From positions 23,975-87,974 of the forward strand of contig CAZIAP010000001.1 of the NCBI GenBank assembly GCA_964537315.1: DNA of 64,000 nucleotides. Reading direction: 5' to 3'. Positions within the stretch are counted from its first letter, which is position 1; each line of letters starts with the position of its first letter. Both the position numbers and the translations under genes were made by a program. Below the pieces are notes generated by a model that was not told the DNA's origin, ran no database searches, and saw only the letters and a program-made list of their open reading frames with translations. Source of the DNA: an uncultured Gammaproteobacteria bacterium (lineage in GTDB: Bacteria; Patescibacteriota; Microgenomatia; Levybacterales; GWA1-39-11). Positions 58,663 to 64,000 of this stretch are shown one piece after another.

Positions 58663-59106
58663 ATGCTGATTCAAAGTGTAATGTTTCAGGATAATGAATT
58701 TATTCCTATGCAGTACACCTGCGAAGGAGAAAACATTAATCCCCCACTACTCTTTTTAGAGGTGCCTCAAGAAGCACAGAGCCTAGTACTAATTGTTGAC
58801 GATCCTGATGCTGTATCAGGTTTGTGGACGCACTGGGTTGTATTTAATATCCCCCCAGATACTCACGAAATAGGAGAGAATGCTACTCCACCCGGAGTTG
58901 AGGGAACAACAAGTTTCGGAAAACCTGGATGGCGTGGTCCTTGTCCGCCTAATGAACCTGTGCACCACTATAGATTTAGACTTTATGCGCTTGATACAAT
59001 GCTGGATCTTGATAACTCAGCAACGCGAGAAGAAGTTGAGACTGCAATGAGTACTCACGTAATCGATGATGCAGAATTAATTGGATTGTATCAGAAGACG
59101 AGTTAG
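58663..59106 (+). CDS. YbhB/YbcL family PEBP protein
   Basis: YTCEG, DDPDA, HWVVFNIP, GPCPP, HHYRF; true start 58663 (the longer ORF overlaps tRNA-Gly). Confidence 0.92.
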   Translation: MLIQSVMFQDNEFIPMQYTCEGENINPPLLFLEVPQEAQSLVLIVDDPDAVSGLWTHWVVFNIPPDTHEIGENATPPGVEGTTSFGKPGWRGPCPPNEPVHHYRFRLYALDTMLDLDNSATREEVETAMSTHVIDDAELIGLYQKTS

Positions 59107-59406
59107 AAACTAACATCTCTCATTTTATCTCCTCACTTTGTATTCTTACATTACTATGCTAGTATAAACATACTCAAATCTTCAGATTTCTTCAGAAAGA
59201 TTGTAAGAAAACACACTAAATATTACAAAAATCTTACTCATTTTTATCTTGAAAATTAAAATGATACACTCTGATATAGTTGACTCCTCTATTTCTGCAT
59301 GGTATAAACTCAATGTTCTAAAAAATAGATAAGCGAAGCAAGCAAAAAGATTGATATATCAATCCAAACGAATTTATTCAAGCCCTGTTAATTTTTTTGC
59401 TAAGGA

Positions 59407-60678
59407 TTGGTGAACAATATTTTTAATACACAAAAAACTATAAAAAAATACCGAAACAAACGCTTAACGCTTTTGACAATAACGGTAATTTTTCTAACCT
59501 TTATTCTAAATACCGTATTTACCGGAGACTTTAATATAATCTCTCCTCTTGCGCGGTCAAATGAACTGCAGCCGTTAAAAGAAGGAAAGTCTCAAAAAGA
59601 AGTATTCGGTTTTGCCCCGTACTGGACAATCAACAAACTGGACAATGTAGACTTTAATGTCTTAACTACATTTGCATACTTCGGAATACCTGTAAAAGGA
59701 GACGGAAACCTTGATACATCATACCAGGGATATCATACATTCAAGAGTGAAACTGCAACTGAATTATTTCAAAAAGCGCACAGACATGGTACGCGTGTTG
59801 TACTTACTATTACGCAGATGAATAATGCAGAAATCCGGGCTCTTATGGACGATCCTGAAGCCCAAGCACGATCTATCGAGCAAACGGTCTCCTTAGTAAA
59901 AAGTAGAGGTATCGATGGAGTTAATATCGATATTGAGTACACCGGAAACCCTGGTCAAGGATATCGAAATGCATTTAGTGGATATGTCAAAAACATGACT
60001 GATGCAATGCATGCTGCCGTACCACAATCAAAAGTTACAGTATCAGTATATGCTTCAGCAGTAAAAGAACCAAAGATCTATGACATTGCCAAGATGGGAG
60101 AATATACCGACGGAGTATTTATGATGGCGTATGACTTTGCTGTTGCGGGATCAGATCATGCGATTCCTACTGCTCCACTCTATGGACACAAAGAAGGAAA
60201 ATATTGGTATGACGTATCAACCGCGGTTGAAGACTTTCTTACTTACATGCCCGCTGAGAAGTTAATTCTGGGAGTGCCTTGGTACGGATATAACTATAAC
60301 GTAGGTGCTCCAACCGTAAAAGCGAGGACAGGTAATGGACGTGGATTTGCGCAAACATACAAGCTCGTTGAAGATGGAGTAACACAAGATATGCCGGGAA
60401 TATATGAGTTCGCCAGCGGATGGGATGAGCATGGACAGGTAGGTTGGAAAGCGTATTACTCTTCCCGTACCAGAACCTGGAGAATGGTGTTTATTGATGA
60501 CGTAAAGTCGCTGGATATTAAATTTGAATACGCTAAGCAAAAGAATCTAGGCGGAGTAGGTATGTGGGCATTAGGATTTGACGACGGAAAAAAAGATTTC
60601 TGGGCTTTGCTTGATAGAAAATTTGGAGCAAAATATGCAGACGCAAATATTATGAACAAGAGAATTGGAAATCTATAA
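59407..60678 (+). CDS. Membrane-anchored GH18 glycoside hydrolase
   Basis: IDGVNIDIE (DxxDxDxE-like), MAYD, LILGVPWYG, GVGMWALG. Confidence 0.88.
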   Translation: MVNNIFNTQKTIKKYRNKRLTLLTITVIFLTFILNTVFTGDFNIISPLARSNELQPLKEGKSQKEVFGFAPYWTINKLDNVDFNVLTTFAYFGIPVKGDGNLDTSYQGYHTFKSETATELFQKAHRHGTRVVLTITQMNNAEIRALMDDPEAQARSIEQTVSLVKSRGIDGVNIDIEYTGNPGQGYRNAFSGYVKNMTDAMHAAVPQSKVTVSVYASAVKEPKIYDIAKMGEYTDGVFMMAYDFAVAGSDHAIPTAPLYGHKEGKYWYDVSTAVEDFLTYMPAEKLILGVPWYGYNYNVGAPTVKARTGNGRGFAQTYKLVEDGVTQDMPGIYEFASGWDEHGQVGWKAYYSSRTRTWRMVFIDDVKSLDIKFEYAKQKNLGGVGMWALGFDDGKKDFWALLDRKFGAKYADANIMNKRIGNL

Positions 60679-60684
60679 ACAAAA

Positions 60685-61758
60685 ATGACTATGAATAAGT
60701 TAAACCTGACAAACATTATTGAACAGCTGAAAGGAATAAATCTTAATACATTTAATCGACGATCATTCTGGTTCGCGCTCATCGGAGGATTTGCAATGGC
60801 ATTTTTTCAGAACCTGGGAATCTCTCCAAACTTTTTCTCACCTGACGAGAAAAAAATTGTAGAAGCGGTAGATTCAATAGAATCAAAGCTGACAGAGAAA
60901 AGAAACACGATAACTTTGACTGAAAAACTTAGAGAAATTCCGCTTGAAATAAAAGCAAATGCATATATTGTTGTTGATATGGATACGCATGAAGTACTTG
61001 CTGAAAGCAACTCAAGAACTCCTATGGCAGTAGCTTCACTTACCAAGGTTATGTCCAGTGTCGTGGCGCTGGACTTAGCAGAAGTTTCAGAGAACTTTAC
61101 GGTTTCGGAGCACGCAGCAGGAATCATTCCTACAAAAATCGGAGTTGTTCCGGGAGAAAAAATGTCAGTCTACGAACTTCTCCAGGCTGTGATGCTTACT
61201 TCCGCAAATGACGCGACAGAGGTAATGAAAGAGGGTATTAATGAAAAGTATAACGAAGATGTGTTCGTAAGAGCTATGAATATAAAAGCCGAATTTATAG
61301 GAATGGAAAACACGAATTTTACGAATCCGCAAGGGTTTGATTACCCTGAAGGTCATTACTCAAGTGCGTATGATCTTGCACTACTCTCTCTATATGCAAT
61401 GGAAAACTACGAAGAAATTCGGAATATTGCAAAAGAGGACTATGCCTTTCTTCCTGAAAGCAAACTACATAAACAGTTTGATCTCCATAATTGGAATGGA
61501 CTTATTGGCGTGTACCCAAACACATTCGGACTCAAGACCGGCATGACCGAACGTGCAGGAAACACGACTATTGTTATGTCTGAGCGTGATGGAAAGCGAG
61601 TACTAGTTGTTTTGCTGGGTGCTACATCGGTAGTTGAGAGGGATTTACAAGCATCCGTTCTTTTAAATGCAGGATTTTCATCATCTAATATGAAACCCAT
61701 AGCGGTTGACGAATCAATGTTAAGTGAGCGATACGGGAGGTGGGCGTTTTGGAATTAA
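60685..61758 (+). CDS. D-alanyl-D-alanine carboxypeptidase (peptidase S11)
   Basis: ASLTK, SAND, NPQG, KTG. Confidence 0.92.
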   Translation: MTMNKLNLTNIIEQLKGINLNTFNRRSFWFALIGGFAMAFFQNLGISPNFFSPDEKKIVEAVDSIESKLTEKRNTITLTEKLREIPLEIKANAYIVVDMDTHEVLAESNSRTPMAVASLTKVMSSVVALDLAEVSENFTVSEHAAGIIPTKIGVVPGEKMSVYELLQAVMLTSANDATEVMKEGINEKYNEDVFVRAMNIKAEFIGMENTNFTNPQGFDYPEGHYSSAYDLALLSLYAMENYEEIRNIAKEDYAFLPESKLHKQFDLHNWNGLIGVYPNTFGLKTGMTERAGNTTIVMSERDGKRVLVVLLGATSVVERDLQASVLLNAGFSSSNMKPIAVDESMLSERYGRWAFWN

Positions 61759-61844
61759 AAAGTCTTGCGTCTATTATTTCTGGAATACTGGATCGTTTGT
61801 TTCCGAAACCTTCCCGGCCAGCACCTGCGTATGTAAGTAATTAA
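61749..61844 (+). CDS. Possible small protein (31 aa)
   Basis: GGAGGTG before TTG; MELKSLASIISGILDRLFPKPSRPAPAYVSN. Confidence 0.3.
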   Translation: MELKSLASIISGILDRLFPKPSRPAPAYVSN

Positions 61845-61973
61845 GTAAATAAGTACTTCATATGTATTATAAATTACTAACTTTATCCCGTATAAAATTC
61901 AATACTTAGTACTTATCTTAACTGCTTGTATAATTCTTACATTATATTATCCCTTTCATAAATTTGTCTGACT

Positions 61974-64000
61974 ATGCTTAAACAAATGAAAAAGTTATTA
62001 TTCAAAAATAAAGCAAATTTATTGATTCTTGTTTTTGCATTTTTGGGATTCTTTATTTTTTCTTCAATCTTTACTTATCTGTATTTTGCAAAAGATCTAA
62101 GCAGCAAAGAGTCAATAATGAACCGCAATAACACCGGAATTATTCTGACTGATCGAAATGATGAGCCGTTTTTTACTTTTTACTCCGCACGCAAAAAAAC
62201 ATTTATTCCTTTATCGGAGATTCCTGACTCAGTAGTCGGTGCAGTAATTGCAGCAGAGGATAAAAGCTTTTATTCACATTCTGGTTTTTCAATGCAAGGC
62301 ATACTAAGAGCCGTGTTTAGGAATGTATCAGAGCAAGATTTAGTAGCTGGAGGATCAACTATTACCCAGCAGCTTGTAAAGAACTCTCTGCTTACTCCGA
62401 GACGTGATTTCTTGCGCAAGTTTCAAGAAGTAGTACTTGCGCAAGAGATTGAGCGGAGGTACTCTAAGGATGAAATTTTAGAAATGTACCTAAACTCTGT
62501 TTATTTCGGAAACGGATCTTTTGGTATCGAAGAAGCTGCAGAAAGATATTTTGGTAAGTCTGCGTCAGAGCTTTCGATTGCTGAAAGCGCGTTGCTAGCA
62601 GGAGTGCTTCCGGCTCCATCACTCTACTCCCCTCTTGATGGTAATGAACAAGCTGCCAAGAAAAGACAAGAGTATGTACTCTCCCAAATGGTAAAAGAAA
62701 AACTGATTACAGAAAATGAAAAGGAGGCAGCAATAAATCAGCAGTTATCATACGCAAAAGATGATGATAATCTCAACTCGATAGCTCCTCATTTTGCCGT
62801 GATGGTAAGAGACGAATTAATCAAAAAGTATGGAGAAGAAAATATTATTAGATCTGGGTATAAAGTAAAAACCACAATTGATTTAGATATGCAAAGGTTT
62901 GCTGAAAGAGTGGTTGGTGAAGAAGTAGAAAAGCTTGCAGCCAATAATGTGTCAAATGGTGCTGCTGTAGTAATAGATCCTCAAACCGGAGAAGTTCTTT
63001 CACTGGTTGGAAGTAGGAACTGGTTTGACAAAAAATTCGGAAAAGTTAACGTAGCAACTCAGCTAAGGCAGCCTGGTTCATCATTTAAGCCGCTAGTTTA
63101 TGCCATTGCGATGGAGGAACAAAAGATTACGCCCGCTACAGTGCTGCATGACAAACCGACTACTTTTGGCCAGAATTATAAACCACGAAACTACGATAAT
63201 AACTTTCGTGGAAACGTATTAGTCAGACGCGCGCTTGCTAACTCTTTAAATGTTCCTGCTGTTGAGATAATGACAATGCTCGAAATGGACGATGTTTTGC
63301 AGCGTGTAAAAGAATTTGGGATCACTACTCTACGCGATCCTGTAAACTATGGACCATCATTGGCGTTAGGAGCGGGAGAGGTTAAGCTAACTGAATTAAC
63401 ACAAGTCTATGCGATGTTTGCAAACGAAGGAAGACGCAATGATGTGACTACGATAAAGTCAATAGAAGATAAATCCGGAAAATCGATATATAAATATACT
63501 CCTAAAAACGAACAGGTACTAAGTTCTCAGGTATCATTTCTTATTTCATCAATCCTATCCGATGTTAATGCTCGTCAAGAAGTTTTCGGTAGCACACTCA
63601 ATATATCGCGTGTAGCTGCGGTCAAAACCGGAACAACGGAGAACTATAAAGATGCATTAACAATTGGTTATACACCACAGCTAGCAGTAGGTGTATGGGT
63701 TGGAAATAACGACGGAGAGCCAATGGATCAGATTGCCGGAAGCTTAGGAGCAGCACCGATCTGGAAACGATTGATGGAGGAATTTCACAATGGAAAACCG
63801 GAGCTTGCATTTAAGCAGCCAGAAAATATTATTGCACGCTCTGTTTGCTCTCATAGCGGTCTTTTAGCTAGGTCAGATAACTCAGGATCGACAGAGTATT
63901 TTCTTGCCGGAACACAACCAACACGTAGATGTAGTCCTCCTCGAAATGAAAGTGACAATCAGCAGTTTGATGATAGAAATATTGGACAGTCTCCAGATGA
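61974..64000 (+). CDS. Second class A penicillin-binding protein (runs off window end)
   Basis: AEDKSFY, GGSTITQQLVKN, QPGSSFK, SLN, KTG; frame open to 64000. Confidence 0.9.
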   Translation, partial: MLKQMKKLLFKNKANLLILVFAFLGFFIFSSIFTYLYFAKDLSSKESIMNRNNTGIILTDRNDEPFFTFYSARKKTFIPLSEIPDSVVGAVIAAEDKSFYSHSGFSMQGILRAVFRNVSEQDLVAGGSTITQQLVKNSLLTPRRDFLRKFQEVVLAQEIERRYSKDEILEMYLNSVYFGNGSFGIEEAAERYFGKSASELSIAESALLAGVLPAPSLYSPLDGNEQAAKKRQEYVLSQMVKEKLITENEKEAAINQQLSYAKDDDNLNSIAPHFAVMVRDELIKKYGEENIIRSGYKVKTTIDLDMQRFAERVVGEEVEKLAANNVSNGAAVVIDPQTGEVLSLVGSRNWFDKKFGKVNVATQLRQPGSSFKPLVYAIAMEEQKITPATVLHDKPTTFGQNYKPRNYDNNFRGNVLVRRALANSLNVPAVEIMTMLEMDDVLQRVKEFGITTLRDPVNYGPSLALGAGEVKLTELTQVYAMFANEGRRNDVTTIKSIEDKSGKSIYKYTPKNEQVLSSQVSFLISSILSDVNARQEVFGSTLNISRVAAVKTGTTENYKDALTIGYTPQLAVGVWVGNNDGEPMDQIAGSLGAAPIWKRLMEEFHNGKPELAFKQPENIIARSVCSHSGLLARSDNSGSTEYFLAGTQPTRRCSPPRNESDNQQFDDRNIGQSPD

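Noticed and set aside
57991-58674. ORFs 57991-58182(-), 58345-58674(-) and the 5' extension of 58552-59106
   Set aside because: Overlap tRNA genes

Overview
This 64-kb AT-rich chromosomal segment uses genetic code 11. It looks like a CPR/Patescibacteria (Microgenomates-type) genome, inferred from DUF5660/DUF5665-like genes, streamlined tig/pheT/thrS, no rimM in the rpsP-khpA-trmD operon, and a PilQ-less type IV pilus locus. Housekeeping genes include xer recombinase, folD, gyrB-ppa-gyrA, rnc, nusB, rpmF, recG, tyrS, thrS-infC-rpmI-rplT-(NUDIX)-pheST, tig and 7 tRNAs. The window also holds a complete type IV pilus cluster, two paralogous Cys-rich surface-protein cassettes, cell-wall enzymes and stress/scavenging genes. 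The most notable non-annotated structure is: (1) three leader-peptide attenuator-like switches built on the same ACCTCC/GGAGGT terminator stem, one a clear Phe-rich pheM-like leader for pheST and two twin elements with an identical terminator ahead of orphan operons; (2) a GIY-YIG gene fused to tRNA-Val and bracketed by tRNA-like sequences whose anticodon arm is replaced by a palindrome; (3) a RAYT-type transposase with three REP palindromes; (4) a stand-alone cyanophycin-synthetase N-domain and a Chloroflexi-like Tat-motif protein; (5) structured leaders before ppa and a lysozyme-like gene; (6) many apparently leaderless genes. All calls come from reading motifs by eye; no searches were run.
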